The notes beneath the pieces were generated by a model. That model worked only from the letters and a program-made list of their open reading frames with translations. It ran no database searches and was not told the DNA's origin. Made by a program: the position numbers and the translations under genes. Shown piece by piece: positions 19,217 through 27,035 of a stretch of DNA of 64,000 nucleotides (its first letter is position 1; every line of letters starts with the position of its first letter). This DNA is from Patescibacteria group bacterium. Its GTDB lineage: Bacteria > Patescibacteriota > Minisyncoccia > UBA6257 > 1-14-0-10-40-38. The stretch spans positions 880 through 64,879 of the forward strand of contig JBBTRX010000002.1 of the NCBI GenBank assembly GCA_038064975.1. The letters run 5' to 3'.

Positions 19217-20242
19217 TTAAAAGAAAATACGTACAACATCCCGCACCGTAACCGCGATCATAGCCAGAATAAGCAGAATAAATCCGATTGCAGTCGCCGT
19301 AAGTTCCCTCTTCGGATTAACGGGAGATCCTTTTACTGCTTCCACGATAAGAAAGAGAAGCCTTCCGCCATCAAGCGCGGGGATGGGCAAAAGATTTAAG
19401 ATCGCTAAGTTCAAAGAAATTAATGCGAGTAATTGGAAAAAATATACGATCCCCAGATCAGCTCCCTGCTGTGCAACTTGGAAGATCCCTACCGGACCAA
19501 CGAAGTTTTCACCACTCGGCGTTCCAGAAAAGAGACTAATAAGAAAACGAGCAATAGCTCCGAACACATCTTTCATGATGCGGAAAGAAGCCATAAATCC
19601 CTCCCCTATGCTATCAAAAAACGGCATGCGCTCTACACCCGTATCCGCAAGCGAAACTCCGAGCGCTCCCTCTCCTTCGGGAACAACCGAGCGAGGAATA
19701 ACTTTGAGTGGAATCTCCTCGCCGGATCGCTGAATGCTAAATGCGATTTCTTGGCCGCGATGTTCTCCCACAAATTCAATAAAAAGACTCGTTGTTTCAA
19801 AACCTAAAATCCGATCTCCTGCCGTGAGCCCAACTAGAGAGGCGGGACTATTTTCTGCAACGCCAGTAACTACAACTGCATTTGGTATTCCGGAAAAGAA
19901 AACAGTTGAGATAAGTATCCATCCGATAATAAAATTCATCACAATCCCAGCTCCGATAATAATCGCCCGCCGCCATACGGCAAGGCGCGCGAAGCTCCGC
20001 TCCGGCGGCACACTTCCCTGTTCTAATTCCGGCCGTTCGCCATAGATTTTTACAAATCCGCCGAAAGGCAAAAGGTTGATGCTATACGTCGTTTCTCCAA
20101 AACGTTTCCCGATAAGACGAGGAGGAAACCCAATACCAAATTCTTCAACCAGAATTCCAAATGATTTTGCAGCAATAAAATGCCCAAGCTCATGAATGAG
20201 GATCAACGCCGAAATACCCAAGATCAGGAAAATAATACTCAT
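19217..20242 (-). CDS. rseP: RIP metalloprotease RseP (site-2 protease, M50 family, with PDZ domain)
   Basis: 341 aa; HELGH zinc motif in TM1, PDZ-like segment (..GDRILGFET..), C-terminal LDGG motif (ALDGGRLLF). Confidence 0.8.
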   Translation of the reverse strand: MSIIFLILGISALILIHELGHFIAAKSFGILVEEFGIGFPPRLIGKRFGETTYSINLLPFGGFVKIYGERPELEQGSVPPERSFARLAVWRRAIIIGAGIVMNFIIGWILISTVFFSGIPNAVVVTGVAENSPASLVGLTAGDRILGFETTSLFIEFVGEHRGQEIAFSIQRSGEEIPLKVIPRSVVPEGEGALGVSLADTGVERMPFFDSIGEGFMASFRIMKDVFGAIARFLISLFSGTPSGENFVGPVGIFQVAQQGADLGIVYFFQLLALISLNLAILNLLPIPALDGGRLLFLIVEAVKGSPVNPKRELTATAIGFILLILAMIAVTVRDVVRIFF

Positions 20243-20244
20243 AG

Positions 20245-20796
20245 TTATTCGCTAATTTCTCTTATCTTCTTTTCAAGTATGCCATCAATTTCCTTATTCG
20301 CCTTATCGGTTTGTTCCTGAATCTTCTTTTTGCCGGAAAATTTTCCGTCTTCCGTTACCGTTTTTGCCTTGAATTCTTGCTCAAGTTTTTTATTTGCGTC
20401 ATCGCGGATGGAACGTATTTTGATTCTAGTTTTTTCCGCCATAGCTTTTGCGAACTTTGCGAGCTCATCTCTCCGCTCTAAAGTGAGTGACGGTAATTTT
20501 AAACGAATAATCATCCCATCAATTAATGGTGAAAGCCCAATCGGAGCAGACTCAATTGCTTTTGCGATCGCAGGAAGCGACCCCTTATCCCATGGAGCTA
20601 TCTGGAGTTCGTAGGGAGGTAAGACGCTGATAGCAGCGAGCTGTTTTACGCGAAACTGCTGATCCATATAGGGAACCTGAATATCTTCCACGAGAGACGG
20701 ACTAGGACGATTAGCGCGCACACCTGCAAGATCTTCATGAAGGCCTTGCATCGCTCGTACCGTATGTTCCTGCAATGTTTTTAAAATAGATTCCAT
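20245..20796 (-). CDS. frr: ribosome recycling factor
   Basis: 183 aa from Met MESILKTLQEH; conserved RRF triple-helix bundle sequence (..IRANRPSPSLVEDIQVPY.., ..RIKIRSIRDDANKKL..). Confidence 0.9.
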   Translation of the reverse strand: MESILKTLQEHTVRAMQGLHEDLAGVRANRPSPSLVEDIQVPYMDQQFRVKQLAAISVLPPYELQIAPWDKGSLPAIAKAIESAPIGLSPLIDGMIIRLKLPSLTLERRDELAKFAKAMAEKTRIKIRSIRDDANKKLEQEFKAKTVTEDGKFSGKKKIQEQTDKANKEIDGILEKKIREISE

Positions 20797-21072
20797 ATAG
20801 AACTCAATATAATACCATCCCCAAATCGCGTTGCCAACTATTTTGTCGGAGCGCAAGGCGCGAGGAGGAAATTGAAGCCACGGCATCGCTCACGACGAGC
20901 AACAATGCGATACGGCGAAATAGGCGCAACCCAAAGGGATATGGCCAATTTCCGCCATCACTACGTCGCTTCAGACTCGGAGTACCTACTTGGTACACCT
21001 TCGTCATTACTCCTTGTGCTTGCATAAATTGGCTCATATCGCGACTGAGGATAGTATTACATTGAGTTCTAT
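20797..21072. repeat. 276-bp element bounded by 24-bp imperfect inverted repeats (MITE-like or long structured RNA)
   Basis: ATAGAACTCAATATAATACCATCC at 20797..20820 versus reverse complement of 21049..21072 (ATAGAACTCAATGTAATACTATCC): 22/24 identical; fills the frr-holB intergenic region. Confidence 0.4.
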
Positions 21073-21157
21073 TATATCCTGCAAATTTGCGGCAAGAAAT
21101 GAATAATAACGCCTGTAAATATAACGAAAAGAAATAATCCGAATGCTTTATCCATAG

Positions 21158-21883
21158 TTATGAGTTCCGGTTCTGGTGAGTAGAGAGCAATGCGGCCTCA
21201 AGCTGAAGCTTCTTGTTCGTATTGAATTGTTGCATGAGTGACCAGCGGTAGACAAGCGGGCGTAATTCGCGCCAATATTTTTTGCGATCTGAATAAATAG
21301 TGAAAAGTGCAGTTACAAATTCTTCAGCCGCGGTATCGTTTTCTAAGAGCTCTTTCAAGAACGCGCCAAGCCCTCTTCCAGAGGCAAGTTGTATCGCCTC
21401 GCGTGCAGATCGGAGCGCGGACTCACTAACTAGTGTTCGCCCCTCACCCGCTACATAGACCGCATAAAATCGCGATGCCAGCGTTCCTATAACCGTGCTG
21501 GGATCCCCGGCGGTCGCAAGGAGCAATGCATGCTCTGGCGGCTCTTCGGCAATTTTCAAAATCGCATGCTGTGCCGAAAGCGTAAGCTTATCAAGCGAAG
21601 TGATAATCGCGGTGCGCCGGTGCGTTCCGAAAGATTTAGTACTAAAGAAATATTTTAATTCCCGAGCAGTTGCTATGCCGGAATCCTCTGAACAATCAAA
21701 TACCTTCGCGTCAATAAGCGAAATTTCAGATTTCCACATTCCGCATTCCACATACATTGCGAGCAATTCCGCAAAACGAAGAGATTCATTTCGCGATGGC
21801 CCAAAAAAAAGATAGCTGTGTGCAAGACGTCCTTTAGCGATCACACGCTCAAAATCTTTTCTTAATCTTTCAGGCTTTGCCAT
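21158..21883 (-). CDS. holB: DNA polymerase III delta-prime subunit-like clamp-loader protein
   Basis: 241 aa; AAA+-like N-terminus without intact P-loop (GRLAHSYLFFGP), clamp-loader box SAQHAILKIAEEPP resembling the NALLKTLEEPP motif. Confidence 0.6.
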   Translation of the reverse strand: MAKPERLRKDFERVIAKGRLAHSYLFFGPSRNESLRFAELLAMYVECGMWKSEISLIDAKVFDCSEDSGIATARELKYFFSTKSFGTHRRTAIITSLDKLTLSAQHAILKIAEEPPEHALLLATAGDPSTVIGTLASRFYAVYVAGEGRTLVSESALRSAREAIQLASGRGLGAFLKELLENDTAAEEFVTALFTIYSDRKKYWRELRPLVYRWSLMQQFNTNKKLQLEAALLSTHQNRNS

Positions 21884-22890
21884 TATCTTTTATTCAAAAG
21901 TGTCTTCTTATAGACATCTAAATGATTCAAGATAAGACCAGTTCCCTTCGCTACACAAAACAAAGGATCTGGGGCAAGGTATGTAGAAACACCGGTCATA
22001 CGTTTAAAAAACTCATCAAGATGCCGGATTTGAGCCCCTCCGCCTGAGAGAACAATTCCCTTTTCCATAATATCCGCAACGAGCTCCGGGGGCGTCGCAT
22101 TGAAAACGCTTTGTACCGAGGCGGCAATATCAAGTAAATAAGGAGTGAAAGCTTCTGCTGCTTCGTTTGAACGGAAAATAATATCTTTAGGAAGTCCAGA
22201 AACGAGATCACGTCCGCGAACGAGAAACTCAAGCTGATCTTTTGCGGCAAGCGCGGCTCCGATTTCTATTTTAATATGTTCTGCCATTTGTTCTCCAATA
22301 GAAAGCGAATGTTTCTTTTTGATGTAATCAATAAGCGCTTGATCAAATTTATTTCCCGCAACACGTAAGCTCGTGGCAGATACAACGCTACCCAGAGAAA
22401 CCACAGCAACTTCAGAAGTCCCTCCTCCGATATTAATAATCATATTTCCGGAATATGCGTTGATAGGAATACCTGCGCCAAGCGCTGCTAAAATTGGTTC
22501 TTTCACAACATATGCTTCTTTTGCTCCCGCTTCCTTCGCGGCATTAATAACAGCGCGCCGTTCGGTCTGTGTAATACCCGCAGGAACAGAAATAACAACC
22601 TCTGGTTTTAATACATGGAATCTCCCTATCGCTTTTGCGATAAAATAGCGGAGCATCGCCTTCGTAATATAATAGTCCGCAATAACACCGTCTTTGAGCG
22701 GACGGTACGCCACGATATCATCCGGAGTTCTTCCCAACATTTCCTTTGCTTCTCTCCCCACAGCAAGGACTGTATTTTCCGGAACGCTTAACGCAACGAT
22801 CGTTGGCTCATTGATAATAAAGCCCTTCCCAGGCATAAAGACAATCGTATTCGCCGTTCCTAAATCAATGCCAATTTTTGTATTAAACAT
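21883..22890 (-). CDS. MreB/Mbl-like actin homolog (second paralog)
   Basis: about 336 aa from Met MFNTKIGIDLGTANT; motifs IGIDLGTANT, NIGGGTSEVAV, SGGGAQIRHL; distinct from the mreBCD-linked copy. Confidence 0.8.
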   Translation of the reverse strand: MFNTKIGIDLGTANTIVFMPGKGFIINEPTIVALSVPENTVLAVGREAKEMLGRTPDDIVAYRPLKDGVIADYYITKAMLRYFIAKAIGRFHVLKPEVVISVPAGITQTERRAVINAAKEAGAKEAYVVKEPILAALGAGIPINAYSGNMIINIGGGTSEVAVVSLGSVVSATSLRVAGNKFDQALIDYIKKKHSLSIGEQMAEHIKIEIGAALAAKDQLEFLVRGRDLVSGLPKDIIFRSNEAAEAFTPYLLDIAASVQSVFNATPPELVADIMEKGIVLSGGGAQIRHLDEFFKRMTGVSTYLAPDPLFCVAKGTGLILNHLDVYKKTLLNKR

Positions 22891-22959
22891 AGCGGTCAGT
22901 TGTCCATGTATTCTACGAGAGCTAGAGCAATTCTGCAAATAATTCTTCATAAGCTTTTT

Positions 22960-23010
22960 GAGCTATAAAAAAGACCCCATGCCCCACAAGCTTCACAAGC
23001 TTGAGAGACA
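22960..23010 (-). terminator. compound hairpin plus U-tract, terminator of high-GC cassette 1
   Basis: On the minus strand GACCCC..(inner 7-bp CAAGCTT-GTG-AAGCTTG hairpin)..GGGGTC followed by TTTTTT; lies about 100 nt downstream of the 23111..23770 gene. Confidence 0.45.
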
Positions 23011-23110
23011 CGGGGTCGAAATCGGGGACCTCGTCCGAACGTACCGTTCGGTACGGGCGGGCAAAGTACCAAGGGTCAAAGAATCCCGAGGTTCATAGGT
23101 CCAAGCGCTA

Positions 23111-23770
23111 CTACTTGCGACGAACGAAGACCCAGCGGTAGTCGGCGAACCAGAAGAGGTCAGCGCTGCCGCTGCTACCGTCCAACCAGACTTCATCGCC
23201 ATCGCGCCTGAGGATGAACACGCTCAGGCTGCCGCCCGAGTCCGCGATGGGTTCCATTCCAATGAGAACCCAGTCGTTCATCGGTTGGTCCAGGTACTGC
23301 AGTCGGAGCTGAGGACCGACTTCTGCAGAGCAGAGATCCAAGCCCAGTTCTCGAGCTCGCTCGTAGATCTGAGCTCTGGTCGCGCCCTTCTTGAAGCCAA
23401 GATCAGCAACGGAAACCACGACGAGGTCGAGAGAAACTTCTTCGGCAGCTACCGTGAAGGCAGGTTTGCCCAGGATGTCGTTCGCCCAATTGCTGATCTT
23501 CATGCCCGCCTTCTTCAAGGCTGAACGGAAGTCGGCGGCGGTCTTCAGGCCAGTGTCGAGTTTCACCTGTTTCCAGGTGGCGAAGTCGATGGGCCCCAAC
23601 CCGACGAACTTGCGGAATGCCGATCGGTCAGGAACCGTCCCACCCTGAATCGCTTGGATGAGATCAGTCAGGTATCCATCATGGAGAACTCTCAAGTCCT
23701 CGGAACTCGGGTCGTGTTGGCCAATCAAGGTGAGTGTGTGTGCTGCTTGCGGGAATGTCGAAGTGCTCAT
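23111..23770 (-). CDS. hypothetical protein encoded in high-GC island 1 (possible SUKH/Smi1-like fold, very tentative)
   Basis: 219-aa ORF; GC by eye about 58% versus about 43% in flanking genes; own promoter and terminator; C-terminal ..GDEVWLDGSSGSADLFWFADYRWVF.. loosely reminiscent of SUKH-family immunity proteins; no firm family. Confidence 0.5.
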   Translation of the reverse strand: MSTSTFPQAAHTLTLIGQHDPSSEDLRVLHDGYLTDLIQAIQGGTVPDRSAFRKFVGLGPIDFATWKQVKLDTGLKTAADFRSALKKAGMKISNWANDILGKPAFTVAAEEVSLDLVVVSVADLGFKKGATRAQIYERARELGLDLCSAEVGPQLRLQYLDQPMNDWVLIGMEPIADSGGSLSVFILRRDGDEVWLDGSSGSADLFWFADYRWVFVRRK

Positions 23771-23926
23771 AGGTACTCCTATGTGGCGCTACTCCCTTTC
23801 GGGGTAGCTAGGTTCGGAATGCTAGAGGACAACCACAGTAGTAGTCATAGCAAGAAAACCTCGATATTATTTCCAAGGCCTTTTGGCTATGACTACGCGC
23901 AAGTTGTATCAAAGAGCTATAGTTGC

Positions 23927-23955
23927 ATTATACTCCTATTTCTCTTATTTGTCAA
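23927..23955 (-). promoter_or_regulatory. consensus sigma70 promoter (TTGACA-N17-TATAAT) driving high-GC cassette 1
   Basis: Minus-strand reading TTGACA aataagagaaataggag TATAAT; about 150-nt leader containing an 11-bp stem (GTAGTCATAGC..GCTATGACTAC), then AGGAG 5 nt before the ATG. Confidence 0.5.
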
Positions 23956-24053
23956 TATACCATAGAAGCCCTTTAATCTAGGGCTTTTTGTTATGCGATT
24001 TTTCTTCTTTTATTTCCTCAATCTCCTTACCTCATCAACTTATCAACCGTATT

Positions 24054-25313
24054 CTAATCTCTCACAATATCCGCCCCCAATGCGCGTAAACGTTCATCAA
24101 GTTTTTCATATCCCCTATCAATCTGCTCCGCTTCTTCAATAATACTTTCTTCACGAGCAACAAGTGCGGCTATCACAAGAGTCGCTCCTGCGCGGAGATC
24201 AAGCGATTGCATGGTCGTACCATGGAGCACCGCAGGTCCGTGGACGAGTGCGCGATGAGGATCTAAAATAGTCGCTTCAACTCCCATCTTCTTCAACTCA
24301 CCAATGTATTGCAATCTTCCTTCGTAGAGCGTGTCAAAAATAACCGACGTCCCCTCTGCTTGAGTTGCCAAAACGCCGAAAGGCGCCTGAAGATCGCTTG
24401 GAATTCCCGGGTAGATGCGAGCGTCAATTTTTGCGGCTTTCAAGTTACTTTCCGATCCACGAACCGTAAGTCTGTCTTTCTCTACATCAAGTACGACACC
24501 CATCTGTCGCAACTTAATGAGGACTGCATCAAGAGATTCCGGTACAATGCCCTCAATCGTAATAGTACTGCGTGTTGCCGCGGCAAGAATAGCAAATGTC
24601 CCTGCTTCAATATCATCAGGAATGATACGATGACGAATTTCAGACGCTTGTTTTCCTTGCAAAGGAAGAACGCGGAGCGTGTGTGTTCCCATGCCTTGAA
24701 CTTCGTATCCAAGTTTAGTTAAAAAGATAGCCGTGTCAGAAACGTGCGGTTCAAGAGCTGCAAGACGAATAGTGAGACCATGCTTAGTGCCGAGCATCAA
24801 CATATTCTCCGTTGCTGTTACGCTGAACTCTTGGAGTAATATCGTATCCTGTTCCGATTCTGAAAAATGAAACTCGTAATACCCATCTTCCTGATTAAAC
24901 GCGTACTCAACCCCTGCATCACGGAGTGCCATAAGATGCGTATCAATAGGACGAGCGCCGATATGACACCCCCCGGGAAAACTTAATTTCGCTTTTCCAA
25001 AACGTGAAAGGAGTGGCCCAACAAGAAGAATAGAAGATCGTATTTTGCGAACTAAATGCTGATCAATATTGTCTGGGTTAATGTTTGCATTAACAATGCG
25101 GAGTGTATGCTCTCCTAGCCATTCATATGTTGATCCCATACTCTTCAGAATTTGCAATAACGTCTCTACGTCGCCAATGCGAGGAATATTTTCTAGAGTC
25201 ACGGGAGTGTCCGTAAGAAGTGTTGCCGCAATAATAGGCGTGGCAGCATTTTTTGCGCCAGAAACCCGAATAGTCCCTTCTAGTTTTTTTCCACCATTGA
25301 TGACGAATTTCAT
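24054..25313 (-). CDS. murA: UDP-N-acetylglucosamine 1-carboxyvinyltransferase
   Basis: 419 aa; EPT-fold with typical N-terminus MKFVINGGKKLEGTIRVSGAKNAATPIIAATLL and catalytic region (..IGARPIDTHL..); conserved throughout. Confidence 0.9.
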   Translation of the reverse strand: MKFVINGGKKLEGTIRVSGAKNAATPIIAATLLTDTPVTLENIPRIGDVETLLQILKSMGSTYEWLGEHTLRIVNANINPDNIDQHLVRKIRSSILLVGPLLSRFGKAKLSFPGGCHIGARPIDTHLMALRDAGVEYAFNQEDGYYEFHFSESEQDTILLQEFSVTATENMLMLGTKHGLTIRLAALEPHVSDTAIFLTKLGYEVQGMGTHTLRVLPLQGKQASEIRHRIIPDDIEAGTFAILAAATRSTITIEGIVPESLDAVLIKLRQMGVVLDVEKDRLTVRGSESNLKAAKIDARIYPGIPSDLQAPFGVLATQAEGTSVIFDTLYEGRLQYIGELKKMGVEATILDPHRALVHGPAVLHGTTMQSLDLRAGATLVIAALVAREESIIEEAEQIDRGYEKLDERLRALGADIVRD

Positions 25314-25360
25314 GGATGTAATACCCTCATACTATCTAAAAACACATCGAGAAGATAGTT

Positions 25361-25789
25361 TTATTTTTTGTGAGAAATATTTTTATTGCGATACATACTA
25401 AGAAAAATAAAAGCTCCCATTACATCAGCTACAAGATCAATCATAGTATCAGTAAGGGACGGTTGAGCTCGAAAAGGAATACTATCTTTAATAAAGAATG
25501 TATCAAGAAAAAACTCAAAAACTTCCCATCCAATTCCCACAATTGCCGTAAATCCAATCGCTGCTATAAAAAGGATAACTCCATATCGTTCCTGTGGGTT
25601 TTTTGTTATTCGCGTTTGAAGACCGTAGAGAAAAATACCAGTAATCCAAAAACCACCGAGCGCATGGAGCACGGTGTCGTAATGCGAAAGCGTCCAACTC
25701 CATTCTTGGGTATTACCAAGAATATTGAGCCCTAAGATTAGGGTTACGAATACAAGAAGAAATTTTGGAGCAACAAGAATATGTTGCAT
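25361..25789 (-). CDS. hypothetical polytopic membrane protein
   Basis: 142 aa with 4 predicted TM segments; no family recognised. Confidence 0.35.
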   Translation of the reverse strand: MQHILVAPKFLLVFVTLILGLNILGNTQEWSWTLSHYDTVLHALGGFWITGIFLYGLQTRITKNPQERYGVILFIAAIGFTAIVGIGWEVFEFFLDTFFIKDSIPFRAQPSLTDTMIDLVADVMGAFIFLSMYRNKNISHKK

Positions 25790-25922
25790 TCTTTAAAGAT
25801 TTAGACCACTTGTGGAAACGCTTCGCGTTTTTTGAAACCCTCGGTTTCAAACAGGAGCTTCCGATACGGGGATGGCAGAACCTCTGCCCTCCCCGACCCC
25901 CTCCCTTCCACAATGTTCTTCA

Positions 25923-26330
25923 CTAGCGTTTTGACCATTGTGGAGCACGACGGGCTTTTTTGAGTCCGTATTTCTTACGCTCAACTTTGCGGGCATCCCG
26001 AGTAATGAATCCCGCTTTACGAAGACGCTTTTTAGCCTCAACGTCAGTTTTGACAATAGCTTTTGCGATAGCATTCTGTACGGCAACCGCTTGGGCACGT
26101 ATACCTCCACCCGCTACTCGAACCGTCGCTTTAACCGTATCTGCGAGTTGAAGAAGCTTAAATGGAGCAGCAACCGCCTGCTGATCGCGAGGAGATTTAA
26201 AATATTCTTTATATTCTTTATCGTTAACAACAATACCCTTACTGGACTCATGAATCCGGGCTCGCGCATGTGCGGTCTTTCTCCCGCCTCTCGCTTCAAC
26301 GTACCTTGATTGTGGTGCTTTAGTAGTCAT
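25923..26330 (-). CDS. rpsI: 30S ribosomal protein S9
   Basis: Conserved S9 core ..GGRKTAHARARI.. and C-terminus ..KKARRAPQWSKR; ATG start 10 nt after the rplM stop (the ORF track used an upstream TTG that overlaps rplM). Confidence 0.85.
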   Translation of the reverse strand: MTTKAPQSRYVEARGGRKTAHARARIHESSKGIVVNDKEYKEYFKSPRDQQAVAAPFKLLQLADTVKATVRVAGGGIRAQAVAVQNAIAKAIVKTDVEAKKRLRKAGFITRDARKVERKKYGLKKARRAPQWSKR

Positions 26331-26340
26331 GGCAATAATT

Positions 26341-26682
26341 TTACCGTTCAATATGAAGGCGCTTTAAACGCTTCGCGCGAAGGCGATTTTTGGGAAGCAT
26401 ATTGTATACTGCGCGGCGCAAAACTTCTTCAGGAGATTTTGTAAATGCCTGCTCAAATGTCTCTTCGTACAAATGCCCCATGTATCCCGTGTGACGGTAA
26501 TATACTTTTTGCGTATCTTTCTTTCCTGATACGGCAAGCTGAGAAGCATTCTTAATCACAATGCGATTAATTCCGGAAAGCCGAGGGTCGTACTGCGGAG
26601 TTGTTTTGCCCTGCAAAAGACCGGCAATCTGCGTTGCTAATCTTCCCAATCGTTGATTTGTCGCGTCAATAATATGTTCCAT
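26341..26682 (-). CDS. rplM: 50S ribosomal protein L13
   Basis: 113 aa; L13 signature (..LGRLATQIAGLLQGK.., ..YYRHTGYMG..); rplM-rpsI order. Confidence 0.9.
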   Translation of the reverse strand: MEHIIDATNQRLGRLATQIAGLLQGKTTPQYDPRLSGINRIVIKNASQLAVSGKKDTQKVYYRHTGYMGHLYEETFEQAFTKSPEEVLRRAVYNMLPKNRLRAKRLKRLHIER

Positions 26683-26687
26683 ATGCG

Positions 26688-27032
26688 TTATGCGATAAAT
26701 TCTATAGTCGCGAGAGCCACACTATCCCGCTTTCTGCGACGATTATCTTTAACAATCCGTAAATATCCCCCATTCCGTTTGGCATAGCGGGGAGCAATTT
26801 CATAAAACAATTTTTCAGCTGCAGCTTTTGGAAGAACAGCAGTTAATCTGCGAAAACTTACTAGATTCTGTTTTTTAGCAATAGAAACTAAACGCTCCAC
26901 CATGGGGCGGATTTCTTTCGCGCGAGGCACCGTTGTTTCAATACTCTCGTAAACCACGAGATTATTCGCCAATCCTTTTAAAAACAAGCGGCGGCGTCCC
27001 CGTATTCTGTTGAATTTCCGTAGCTTTGGCAT
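26688..27032 (-). CDS. rplQ: 50S ribosomal protein L17
   Basis: 114 aa; L17 pattern (..HRKLGR-like basic N-terminus, ..NGGYLRIVK..); downstream of rpoA as in the alpha operon. Confidence 0.9.
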   Translation of the reverse strand: MPKLRKFNRIRGRRRLFLKGLANNLVVYESIETTVPRAKEIRPMVERLVSIAKKQNLVSFRRLTAVLPKAAAEKLFYEIAPRYAKRNGGYLRIVKDNRRRKRDSVALATIEFIA

Positions 27033-27035
27033 GTC

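Noticed and set aside
10400-21160. tmRNA, RNase P RNA, SRP RNA or 6S RNA in the long intergenic regions at 10.4-10.75 kb and 20.8-21.15 kb
   Set aside because: None of the conserved cores (tmRNA tRNA-like ends and tag reading frame, RNase P P4 elements, SRP domain IV GGAAGCAGCC) were found by eye; left as unclassified structured regions.
22993-23202. 69-aa ORF overlapping the 3' end of the island-1 gene and its terminator; also the antisense 103-aa frame 23654..23965
   Set aside because: Ser/Ala-rich low-complexity translations of GC-rich DNA that overlap a better-supported gene and its regulatory elements.
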